Shown here: piece by piece, positions 1 through 8,309 of the stretch
Position numbering within the stretch: the stretch's first letter is position 1
Layout: each line of letters opens with the position of its first letter
IMG/VR virus record: IMGVR_UViG_3300010885_081999
Coordinates: 39,726 to 103,725 of that record
Length of the DNA: 64,000 nt
From: a virus
Direction: 5' to 3' (one strand)
Made by a program: the position numbers and the translations under genes
The notes under the pieces: generated by a model
Told to the model about the DNA's origin: nothing
What the model saw: the letters and a program-made list of their open reading frames with translations, nothing else
Databases searched by the model: none

Positions 1-2
1 TT

Positions 3-392
3 CGCAGAAAGGCCAGAATAAGACGGCGGAAGTATGTGTCCGCTGAGGGCAACAACCCACTCTCTCGGGGCCGAAGAGAAAGAGTCTATGTATTCGAGGA
101 CCGCGGAGGTCATGTTGGCCTCGGTCGCTCCCTGGGAGATCCAGTCCGCCATCCTGTCGACGATTGGATCGGTCTCTTTAGGGGGATACATGACGCCTGG
201 GAGACCACGAAGATACGACCAGGCTTCAACGGCAGCGCCGTATGCATTGCCTGTCTTAAAGGCCTTGACGAACCCTGCGTTGGCCAATACCCTCTTGACG
301 ATCTGTGCACTGACGTCGGTTCCTTCGCGGAGGGCGACCTTCTGCACTTCTTCCTTGATGATTCTGCGAAGCTGACTGACTGTGATCTTCAT
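3..392 (-). CDS. Hypothetical protein with MKITVSQLRRIIKEEV leader (3' end runs off the window)
   Basis: Manually translated open frame from ATG at 392 to the window edge; not in the ORF track; ATATTTA motif upstream (425-431). Confidence 0.8.
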   Translation of the reverse strand, partial: MKITVSQLRRIIKEEVQKVALREGTDVSAQIVKRVLANAGFVKAFKTGNAYGAAVEAWSYLRGLPGVMYPPKETDPIVDRMADWISQGATEANMTSAVLEYIDSFSSAPREWVVALSGHILPPSYSGLSA

Positions 393-435
393 GCGTTTTT
401 CCTTTTGATCGAAAGAAATGCAAATAAATATTCCG

Positions 436-1428
436 TCAGGCCGGAAAGTGCTGCAGCAGGTCCACTTTCTTTGCGGCTGCCTCGTCGAGGTACTTCAGCG
501 GGTTGTAGTCCTCGGATCCCCTGATCCACTCCAGGGTCTCTCGAATACCCTGCGACAAATCAAGTTCTGGTTTCCACCCAAGCTTTTCCCTGATTTTCTG
601 AGAGGACAATCGGTGGTTACCGAGGTAGTCCGTCTTGGGATGCCACACCAGCCGTCCGCTCGTGCCAGGGAGGTGGGCATCGACTTCGGACACGACCTCG
701 GACGCGGGACGGGCAGTCTCCGCCGCAACGTTCCAGTCGGTTCCCCATCCCTGACCCATGGGATCTCGGCACACGACCTCGATCGCCTTGCAGAAGTCCG
801 ACACGTGGAGGTAGTCCTTCACCTTGGTGGGATCGAGGAACATGTCGATCGAAGGTCGACCTTTCAGGGAGGCATAGATCGACTTCGCGATGAGGGAGTT
901 CATGTCACCGAGACCTCCGAAGGCGAAGAGGGGACGCACGATCGTCCATCGATTCGCCATCGCGGTGACGATCTGCTCGGCCGCGAGCTTCTGGACGCCG
1001 TAATATGTCCGCGGGCACTTGTCAGAGGCTTCCGTGATCCACTCGTCCTGGTATTTCGGAGTATCGTAGATCACCGTCGTGCCGAGGTAGCAGACAGCCG
1101 CCTTGGCCCTGTTCGCAGCCCGGACGATGTTGTAGGTGCCTTGCACGTTGGAAAGCACAGCTTCCTGAGGATCGAGCGCGACGACGTCTGTACCTACGAC
1201 GGCCGCATTGTGCACGACGACGTCGATGTCGTTACCGTAGAGAACGTTGTACCATGCATCTTCTGAGTTCTGCCAGATGCATGCCTCCCCCGTCTTCGGA
1301 ACCTTCTTGGGTTCTGCTGCGTCGGAGAAGAGCTCACCGTCAGTGACGACCTCGTGCTTACGAGACTCGAGGACGACCTTGAGGTTGCGTGAGATCAGCC
1401 CGTTTTGGCCCGTGATGTAGAACTTCAT
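436..1428 (-). CDS. NAD-dependent epimerase/dehydratase (extended SDR, NDP-sugar)
   Basis: ITGQNGLIS Rossmann motif, HNAA, YGVQK (YxxxK); GGAGG RBS before ATG 1428. Confidence 0.85.
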   Translation of the reverse strand: MKFYITGQNGLISRNLKVVLESRKHEVVTDGELFSDAAEPKKVPKTGEACIWQNSEDAWYNVLYGNDIDVVVHNAAVVGTDVVALDPQEAVLSNVQGTYNIVRAANRAKAAVCYLGTTVIYDTPKYQDEWITEASDKCPRTYYGVQKLAAEQIVTAMANRWTIVRPLFAFGGLGDMNSLIAKSIYASLKGRPSIDMFLDPTKVKDYLHVSDFCKAIEVVCRDPMGQGWGTDWNVAAETARPASEVVSEVDAHLPGTSGRLVWHPKTDYLGNHRLSSQKIREKLGWKPELDLSQGIRETLEWIRGSEDYNPLKYLDEAAAKKVDLLQHFPA

Positions 1429-1489
1429 TGTACCTCCATCATAAACGGCTCGGGCGGCCATTTTCACAGCCGCCCGAGCCGAAGCTATC

Positions 1490-1945
1490 TCACTCAATTT
1501 CCTTGTCGTACGGTTCGTAGAGCATCTTTCCTGCGGCCTTGCTGCGATCGAGATAATCCTCGAGCTCTTCGAATGAAGTACACACGCGTGCACCTGATCT
1601 ACTCAACATGAGGTTGAATTTTGCTCCAGCTGGGAGTCCGGCGCAGAAGTAGATGATGTGCTTGTCGAAGGCTGTTGCATATCCGCACTCCATGATAGTG
1701 CCCAAGTCCTTATCGCGAGTGTTGACGACAAGGAAGTCAGATTCGCGGATGTGTTTCAAATTACCCTGATAAGTCGCATCCTGAACCTCACGGGAAGCAT
1801 TTGGTGGGCAAATGAAGATTCGTCGTGGAGACGCCATGTCAATCCAGTCCTTACGTGCCTCCATGATTTGTTCGAGTCTGGTGAGCTCGGCGTCTTGAAC
1901 GGGGTTGAACCAGCCTGCGGCGAGGTACATCTTTTTGCGATTCAT
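1490..1945 (-). CDS. Nucleoside 2-deoxyribosyltransferase / nucleotide N-glycosidase family
   Basis: YLAAGWF, D-x-GT-x-x-E-x-GYA and NLML motifs. Confidence 0.8.
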   Translation of the reverse strand: MNRKKMYLAAGWFNPVQDAELTRLEQIMEARKDWIDMASPRRIFICPPNASREVQDATYQGNLKHIRESDFLVVNTRDKDLGTIMECGYATAFDKHIIYFCAGLPAGAKFNLMLSRSGARVCTSFEELEDYLDRSKAAGKMLYEPYDKEIE

Positions 1946-2835
1946 CTTTGATTTGCCTTTCTAGTTGTGTATTCCAATAGTAGCATGTCTTTATCAATTG
2001 AACAACGTGACTGTTTACGCACGTTGTCAACTGCAGGAATGAATTCTAAGTTAGAAATGTCACCAATGACTTCTGGTGGCAGGCCTTGCCTAAAGCCTTC
2101 GGCAACAGAGAACTTGTGATCTAGGTGATACTCACCTCGCTTATCGTGGTTGTCGAGTTGATCTATCGGTTGCATACGAGTGAAATGATCAACTCTTCTT
2201 CTATAGTCCTGAAATTCAGGTAGATCATCGACGTACTGTTGCCAAGTTTTTCCATGCGTCTTGAGCAGCTTCTTGTCCATAGAAGAAGAGATAAACGCTG
2301 GCGATAAGACGATGTTGTGCACTCCAAACTTTTCGACACAAGTTTCTTCTGCTCGAGATCGTAGAATAGGAGATTCGAAAGTCGATGGGCCACCCCATCT
2401 ATCAGTCATCGTTTGGCGCCGCCGGGCAAGCACTTCGGGATTTTCAATCGGAGACTTATAGCCGTATCTCTTCAAATTTGTCTCTTCGATCTTGGCCCTA
2501 AACTCTTCCGTCTGAGAGTAAACATCGACTCCATAACGCTCGCGAGTAGTCTTCTTCGACTTCTCTTTGGTTGAGTCAAGCTCAAATGTGCTAGCAACAC
2601 CATACTTTCTAATGTTGTTATTTTTGCGTTTTTCTTTTATCTCATCGCAAGACATTGGAAAGTCTGTCCCGTGCTTCTCTAAACTCTTCTTTCGACGAAG
2701 CTCGTATGTGATACCGCCTTTCTTCTGGGCAAGGTAGATGCACTCTTTCGAGCAAAAGAAGAAGCCAGATTTGTTGCTAAGCGGATTCTTTGGCACGAAT
2801 ATCGTCTTGCACTGCGAGCAGATTTTCTCTTTCAT
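1942..2835 (-). CDS. Putative homing endonuclease: Zn finger, (K/R)YG repeats, C-terminal HNH-like domain
   Basis: CSQC...CSKEC, repeated KYGV/RYG units, HLDH...NL...DN..K; visibly AT-richer than neighbours. Confidence 0.65.
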   Translation of the reverse strand: MKEKICSQCKTIFVPKNPLSNKSGFFFCSKECIYLAQKKGGITYELRRKKSLEKHGTDFPMSCDEIKEKRKNNNIRKYGVASTFELDSTKEKSKKTTRERYGVDVYSQTEEFRAKIEETNLKRYGYKSPIENPEVLARRRQTMTDRWGGPSTFESPILRSRAEETCVEKFGVHNIVLSPAFISSSMDKKLLKTHGKTWQQYVDDLPEFQDYRRRVDHFTRMQPIDQLDNHDKRGEYHLDHKFSVAEGFRQGLPPEVIGDISNLEFIPAVDNVRKQSRCSIDKDMLLLEYTTRKANQR

Positions 2836-2956
2836 CGCCAATCCTCTCTCGAATGATCTCGGCGACGAATTGACTCATCAGTAATCCATGTTGAGCACAA
2901 TACACCTTCAGCGCTTTGTGAGTCTCTTCGTCCACCGAGATCTTCGATTGTTTCAT
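2777..2956 (-). CDS. Small ribbon-helix-helix-like DNA-binding protein (59 aa)
   Basis: Manual translation MKQSKISVDEETHKALKVYCAQHGLLMSQFVAEIIRERI..., a beta-alpha-alpha pattern; below the ORF-track cutoff. Confidence 0.6.
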   Translation of the reverse strand: MKQSKISVDEETHKALKVYCAQHGLLMSQFVAEIIRERIGDERENLLAVQDDIRAKESA

Positions 2957-2992
2957 GGCTATACGTATCTAAGCAAGTACTAAAGTACTTAG

Positions 2993-3976
2993 TTACTTAC
3001 CTACCTTCCAATCGTTGTGCTGCCTCTTGATGGCATTCCAGTCTGTCATGTCTGCGTTCCACAGCTCGGTGAATCGCTTCTGTGGTCCGTTGCCGTGGGT
3101 GCCGTTGATGTCCTCGCGGGTCGACTGATAGATCGTGTCCTGTGGATGGAACTCGAACGTGTCGTTCTTCGGGATGGGCCAGTAGAGGTTCGTGCCTCGC
3201 GACACGAACTTGTCACCTTCCTTGACGCGGAAGGTCTTGATGTAGTGCATGTCGGGCTTGTTGAAGTCGATCACGGACGTGAACTCGGGGATCACCTTCG
3301 CCACCTCGACTGCCATGCGAGACGCGAGGAGGTTGTCGGCAGCCGGCTGGATCTGGGTGTCCATTCGCTGGTAGATGAAGCCGATGAGCTCCTTGAGTGG
3401 GAGGCGCATGTAGTAGAACGACGTCATGCACTTCGGGAGGATGAGTCGGGCATCCATCATCGACACGACCTTCGAATCCGTCATGTCGGCATAGAGCTGC
3501 TTCGAGTCCTCGACGAGCTTCTTCCATCGAGCGTGGAACTCAGGAGAGTTCTGGACGGGCTCGGGAATCACAGCGTCGTCGTCTCGGAGGTCACGGTCGC
3601 CCGTGCACTGGGCGGCGAAGGTGCCGGCACGATGGCGGATGATGTGTGTCACCTCCTGAAACGAGAGGCCGCTGAGACGGAAAGTGAAGCCGAGGCACTC
3701 CATGGGAGCGGGAAGCGTGCGGCCGCCGAACACGTCCTCGAGGTTCTTCGACAGCTCACGCTGGGTGACGCCGCTGGTGGGATCGATGTCCGGGCGGTCT
3801 GCCCACGTCGCCTTGACGTAGTGCCACGCGACGTTCCAGGCCTGCTGACGCGTGGGAGCGTCGACTAGCTCCACCTTGAGGGCATCGAGGTTGTTGTGGA
3901 ACTGGGTCTTCGGTTCTTGACCGAACTTGAGGACCATGGGAAGCTCAATGGGTTGAAGATCACGATTGATGGGCAT
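2993..3976 (-). CDS. Divergent ThyX-like flavin-dependent enzyme
   Basis: E..FTF, HIIRHR-x7-C, DARLILP; the canonical motif is RHR-x7/8-S. Confidence 0.75.
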   Translation of the reverse strand: MPINRDLQPIELPMVLKFGQEPKTQFHNNLDALKVELVDAPTRQQAWNVAWHYVKATWADRPDIDPTSGVTQRELSKNLEDVFGGRTLPAPMECLGFTFRLSGLSFQEVTHIIRHRAGTFAAQCTGDRDLRDDDAVIPEPVQNSPEFHARWKKLVEDSKQLYADMTDSKVVSMMDARLILPKCMTSFYYMRLPLKELIGFIYQRMDTQIQPAADNLLASRMAVEVAKVIPEFTSVIDFNKPDMHYIKTFRVKEGDKFVSRGTNLYWPIPKNDTFEFHPQDTIYQSTREDINGTHGNGPQKRFTELWNADMTDWNAIKRQHNDWKVGK

Positions 3977-4052
3977 TCTTACCTCTGTGTTTGAATTGAT
4001 GCAGACTCTTGTATCCTAAACAGACAAGTCGTTTCTTTGCATCGTCGGGACG

Positions 4053-4997
4053 TCAAATGACGTAATCGACGAAACTGATGGGGTCGCTGCCCTCTGGGAC
4101 ATACACGACGTTCTTCATTCCCTCGACCTCGGCGTTGTAAGTCTTTTCGGGAACGATCACAGGCACTCCGTGTTTCGCGTATTCCGCTGCGTGCTTCGCA
4201 GAATCATCGACGGCGAAATACTTGCCGGTGGAGTAGTAGGGTTGGTCGGTGAGCCACACGTATTTCTCAGGCGTGAATGTCACGCCGTCGGCCGCGATGT
4301 CGTGCCTCGAAAGCCAGGAGTACGTGTCGTAGAAGGCGGTGAGATTGGAGGCAGGACGTGCAGTGACGATCTGGATCCAGTATCCTCTGTCCTTGAGGTG
4401 CCTCAGGAGACCCGTGTACTTTTCGTTGCGTTCGAGCAGGAGAAATCCGTGTGTGTCGATGAAGGTCTTGAAGAGGACCTCGTTGTTGAGTCCGCTCTTC
4501 TTCAGTTCTTCTGTGGCATAATACTGTTTGCTCTTGGGATCGAGAAAGCAACCCGTCGTTTCGGTCACCCATCCACAGAATGAAGACCTGAACTCGGCGA
4601 GGACGTCGTCCATGTCGAACAGGGCGACAGGCTGTCCGGCCCACTTCTTTGTGGAAAGCTCGTGCCTGTAGTGGAGGAAGTCGTCCTTCTGCGACAAGGC
4701 GGCCTCGAAAGTGGAGGCGCCGATTCCCCAGAGGTTCAACATCGCGAGGATGTAACGGTATGCGTCGACGGACTTGTAGAGTATCTTCTGCACGTCGACG
4801 GGATGCTTGACACCTCGATGATCCTTGTAGTTGACGCCCTCAACGATTCCGCTTGCTTCGGCGTGAAGTGCAAGAACGAACGTCTTGAGAAGCTCTTGCT
4901 TCTGCCAGTCGTCCAGCTTCTCAGGATCGAAGAAGATGTCTGAGAAGGCCTTCTGACGCCCTAGGGCTTCGTGCAGCTTCGACCAGTCGTTCATCAA
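4053..4997 (-). CDS. Degenerate all-alpha NTP-pyrophosphatase domain fused to a HAD 5'-nucleotidase-like domain
   Basis: N-terminus resembles the upstream dUTPase-like gene; C-terminal HAD motifs FDMDDV, VTAR, K, VDDS. Confidence 0.7.
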   Translation of the reverse strand: MMNDWSKLHEALGRQKAFSDIFFDPEKLDDWQKQELLKTFVLALHAEASGIVEGVNYKDHRGVKHPVDVQKILYKSVDAYRYILAMLNLWGIGASTFEAALSQKDDFLHYRHELSTKKWAGQPVALFDMDDVLAEFRSSFCGWVTETTGCFLDPKSKQYYATEELKKSGLNNEVLFKTFIDTHGFLLLERNEKYTGLLRHLKDRGYWIQIVTARPASNLTAFYDTYSWLSRHDIAADGVTFTPEKYVWLTDQPYYSTGKYFAVDDSAKHAAEYAKHGVPVIVPEKTYNAEVEGMKNVVYVPEGSDPISFVDYVI

Positions 4998-5371
4998 TAG
5001 TCCTTCTTGATTCGATCGTTGATGATCTTGTCCTTCTTGAGATAGGCTTCGAACAGCTCATCCGCCGTGATTCCCAGCATGATGGGCACCGCGAGAAAGA
5101 AGTTGAACGCATCCACGTACTCCTCGAGGAATGCCTCCTGATCGAAGTCTTTCACCTCTGTCGCACGATGCGGCTTCCAGTTCTTCAGGTGCTGAAGCGC
5201 CTCGAACATCTCCTCGACGCCCTTCAGGACGTTGTCGCGCACTGCGATCTGACCCTCCTTCGAGGTGATGTCGACGGGCCACTTCTGCAACACGGCGGGC
5301 CTCGCAGCAGCGAGGTCTTTCATGAACTTCTCTCGAAGCTCCAGCATTTTCGATAGACGGTCTTCTTGCAT
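4994..5371 (-). CDS. All-alpha dimeric dUTPase/dCTPase (MazG-like superfamily)
   Basis: EEMFEAL...WKPH...EEYVDAFNF acidic metal-binding motifs. Confidence 0.75.
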   Translation of the reverse strand: MQEDRLSKMLELREKFMKDLAAARPAVLQKWPVDITSKEGQIAVRDNVLKGVEEMFEALQHLKNWKPHRATEVKDFDQEAFLEEYVDAFNFFLAVPIMLGITADELFEAYLKKDKIINDRIKKDY

Positions 5372-5427
5372 GACTAAGTTCATCATACACATGGGTCAAA
5401 CTGCAGTACAATCGATATTTACGGTAC

Positions 5428-5733
5428 ATGAGAAACGTCCGAAACATCGCGAAGATCCTTCAGGAGAGATTCGGTGACCCGATAGGAAGCTATGCAGGAG
5501 ACGCACCCGTCGGTGTGAGAGACGAAGTTTCCGTCTGTCCACACTGCGGAATGATGCCGGTCGGCGGTCGATGTGGATGTTCTGAGGACTGTGGATGCGG
5601 AGCACCTTCGGGCGAATGCAGCTGCGGCATGAAGACAGAGGGCGCCGACGTGACGGACGAGGGCCTCTCGACGTGCGACGAATGCGGAATGCTCGAGGTC
5701 GAAGGCGGGTGCGGATGCACCCACGAGATGTGA
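5428..5733 (+). CDS. Cysteine-rich small protein (12 Cys, metal-binding)
   Basis: CxxC and CxC clusters; ATATTTA motif 6 nt upstream of ATG. Confidence 0.65.
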   Translation: MRNVRNIAKILQERFGDPIGSYAGDAPVGVRDEVSVCPHCGMMPVGGRCGCSEDCGCGAPSGECSCGMKTEGADVTDEGLSTCDECGMLEVEGGCGCTHEM

Positions 5734-5742
5734 GAGGACCAC

Positions 5743-6375
5743 GTGAAGTTCTCTGTCGGCGTCGTGAAGTACGGTGACATGCCATCGAAGCAGTGGTACA
5801 TGTCGCCACAACACAAGGCGTGGTACTACCACACTCCCAGGACATCGCCTTCGGAGGAGCTGACGCCAAAGTTCCTCGAGGCGACGCTCGATGCTCCGCT
5901 GCGTCTCTTGGCACTGGGACTCAACTCCCTAGGATACACGACACTGCCTTCTTGCAGCGGACACTACAAGTCAGCCGACGAACTGAACGAGGCGTACGAC
6001 GCCCTGGTTGACGACGCAAGAAAGATCAGAAAATCGGGCTTAGAACTAATCGACGTTGAGACGGGGAATATTCTGACCCATCACGACGAGTCCTGGCACC
6101 TTCCCTGGGACCGACGGGAGTTCGCTGCAGCAGCGAGCGGTACCGATGGACGTCCTGAAGGCTACCTCGGATTCTGCGTTCCGAAGAACGACGGCTACAA
6201 GGTGGGCAAGGCAGTGGACGACGCCGTCTCCTCAACGATGGGTACCCGTTATGAGACGAAGAGGTCCCCGACGGGCTACGTGTTCGAGCTGAGGGTCCAC
6301 ACCGGAAAACAGAAATCCCAGGACGACGCATGGCGTGACCTGGGAGATTCCGTGATGTTGGGACTGTTGAAGTAG
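5743..6375 (+). CDS. Hypothetical protein (GY-x-T-x-x-SCSGH motif)
   Basis: 210-aa ORF directly after 5428..5733, convergent with 6377..7039. Confidence 0.6.
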   Translation: MKFSVGVVKYGDMPSKQWYMSPQHKAWYYHTPRTSPSEELTPKFLEATLDAPLRLLALGLNSLGYTTLPSCSGHYKSADELNEAYDALVDDARKIRKSGLELIDVETGNILTHHDESWHLPWDRREFAAAASGTDGRPEGYLGFCVPKNDGYKVGKAVDDAVSSTMGTRYETKRSPTGYVFELRVHTGKQKSQDDAWRDLGDSVMLGLLK

Positions 6376-6376
6376 A

Positions 6377-7039
6377 TCAGAGCATCGCGAGAGCAGACTG
6401 TAGAGTGGTTCTGTCCACCTTTCCAGCAAGCTGGTCGCCGACGTACTCCTTGAACACCGGATCGCTCACGTCATCGCATCCCAAATCGGGGCAATGTCCT
6501 TCGTAGTTGCGAATGATGTAGTCAACAAGCTTGACTGGGTCGGCAGGTATAACGTCCATCGACCGTCTACGAGGACCGCCGCCGTCGTGTTCGGCAACGA
6601 AGCCCCAATCGCCGCTCTTCCATGCCGCGAACTCCTCTTGGGTGATGCGAGCGTGGCCCTCTTTCAACGACTTCGCCTTGCGCTTGCGAGACTCGCCCAT
6701 TGGTGCAGCGGGCATCGAAACCGACGGCTTGTCGTAAGCACGAAGCTTCTCGTCACCCTCAAGGTAATCCTTGACGTGCTCCAGGTCGGTGTGAGCAGAG
6801 GCCACGAGGTCCTGCACCCAAGCAGGAAGCTGGTCTCCCATCTCGATGAGACCGCAGATGGTCTCGGCCATGTCCTTGACGTCTGACATGCGAGACTTCA
6901 CCATGTAACCCTCGTCGTCCATCGGGTGACCGGACTCAAAACCGTGGAGGAAGCGCTGGGGATCCTTGCCTCCGGCAGGCATCATGGACTCGACTTCTTC
7001 CTTGATGATCTTGCGTAGTTGTGTTGCTGTGAGCTTCAT
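6377..7039 (-). CDS. Hypothetical protein with MKLTATQLRKIIKEEV leader; putative virion internal protein
   Basis: Leader motif; DDEGYMVKS...LPAWVQ...DYL segment. Confidence 0.75.
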   Translation of the reverse strand: MKLTATQLRKIIKEEVESMMPAGGKDPQRFLHGFESGHPMDDEGYMVKSRMSDVKDMAETICGLIEMGDQLPAWVQDLVASAHTDLEHVKDYLEGDEKLRAYDKPSVSMPAAPMGESRKRKAKSLKEGHARITQEEFAAWKSGDWGFVAEHDGGGPRRRSMDVIPADPVKLVDYIIRNYEGHCPDLGCDDVSDPVFKEYVGDQLAGKVDRTTLQSALAML

Positions 7040-7051
7040 TGTAGTCGTCCT

Positions 7052-7510
7052 TTACTTCTTCCTTGTTGCCTTGAAATCCGCAGTCGCCTTGCCTGTGGGT
7101 TGGAATTTCTGACCGAAGCCGGCCTTCCACAGCATGCCTGTGGCCGTCTCGGCGTAGTAGAAGTCGCCGTCCCTGAAGAACTTCACGAGCTTGTTCTTCT
7201 TTGCCTCTGCAGGAGTCGTCCTCGTCGCACCGAATGCCTGCTCCGCGGGCACCGGTTGGAGCCTCTGACCCAGAGGAGTCGTCGCGACGTACTCATCGCG
7301 ACGATTCTTGCGTAGCGTCTCGGCAGCTCGGGCTGCGGCCACGACGAGGTCAAGTTGCTCGTCGTCGATATCATCGAGAGAAGATACACCAAAGAGGCTG
7401 AGAAGCGGCGTCTCGTCGACTCTCGCGCCGTATTTGTCCTTGATGACCTCAGTGATAGAAGTCATTTCTTCTTTGATGATCCTGCGAAGTTGTGTTGCTG
7501 TGAGTTTCAT
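7052..7510 (-). CDS. Hypothetical protein with MKLTATQLRRIIKEEM leader
   Basis: Leader motif; tightly packed with neighbours. Confidence 0.75.
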   Translation of the reverse strand: MKLTATQLRRIIKEEMTSITEVIKDKYGARVDETPLLSLFGVSSLDDIDDEQLDLVVAAARAAETLRKNRRDEYVATTPLGQRLQPVPAEQAFGATRTTPAEAKKNKLVKFFRDGDFYYAETATGMLWKAGFGQKFQPTGKATADFKATRKK

Positions 7511-7512
7511 CG

Positions 7513-7758
7513 TCACCACCGGCTCCCTCTACGGCCGTAACTTCCGCCTGAGCTTCCGCCCTCAAAGGGAGTCGCCTCCCCGTCCTCGAGCCACGAGTAT
7601 TCGGGGCTCTCAGCAGAGTCGAAGTACTCCTCATTGCCCTCGTCGTCCACGAGGTATAGCTCAGTGCCGCGGCGCACGATCGACTGTTCGTGCTCGAGCA
7701 GCACCTTCTGCAGTTCTTCTTTGATGATACGGCGGAGTTGTGTCGTTGTGATCTTCAT
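7513..7758 (-). CDS. Hypothetical protein with MKITTTQLRRIIKEEL leader
   Basis: Leader motif; ATGA overlap with the dps-like stop codon. Confidence 0.75.
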   Translation of the reverse strand: MKITTTQLRRIIKEELQKVLLEHEQSIVRRGTELYLVDDEGNEEYFDSAESPEYSWLEDGEATPFEGGSSGGSYGRRGSRW

Positions 7759-8309
7759 TGCGGTAGCACCCTTTGCTTCAGTAGATATACGTGTCCTTCG
7801 TGCTTGTCCTCGATGCCCTGTAGCATGTTGTCGAGGCCACGCGTCATCGTGCCGCACTCCTTAAGGAGCTCGGCGAGGTGGGACATCACCTTCAAGAAGT
7901 TCATCTCGGCGAGATACGACCGCTTCGCGAGCTCGGTGGGCTGCGGGATGGTCGACGTCATGCCGTATCCCTGGACGAGTTTCATGAGCTGTGAAGTGAC
8001 GAGGACGAGGTCCACACACGCGGTGGAGCCGAGACCGATCGACTTCTCGGCGACTGTGTCGACGTCCTCGACTGTCGCCTCGTGGATGCGCTGAAAGAGG
8101 AGGTGATCACCGTAGAAAGGATCACCCTTCGTGATCCAGTGGTGGTTCTGGTGCACCGCCGCGAGGAACTTGAGGTGGACGAGAGCCACCGAGAGCTGTG
8201 CATAGGGCGTGGATCCCCACTGTGCGACCATGTTGTCGGTCATGATGTCGAGGTTCGGCTCGACGACGATCGCCATCTCGAGAGTCTCTGAAAGCCTTCT
8301 CTTTGTCAT
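7755..8309 (-). CDS. dps: Dps/ferritin-like DNA protection protein
   Basis: HW-x3-G-x2-F-x3-H-x2-F and D-x-VAE ferroxidase signature. Confidence 0.75.
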   Translation of the reverse strand: MTKRRLSETLEMAIVVEPNLDIMTDNMVAQWGSTPYAQLSVALVHLKFLAAVHQNHHWITKGDPFYGDHLLFQRIHEATVEDVDTVAEKSIGLGSTACVDLVLVTSQLMKLVQGYGMTSTIPQPTELAKRSYLAEMNFLKVMSHLAELLKECGTMTRGLDNMLQGIEDKHEGHVYLLKQRVLPQ

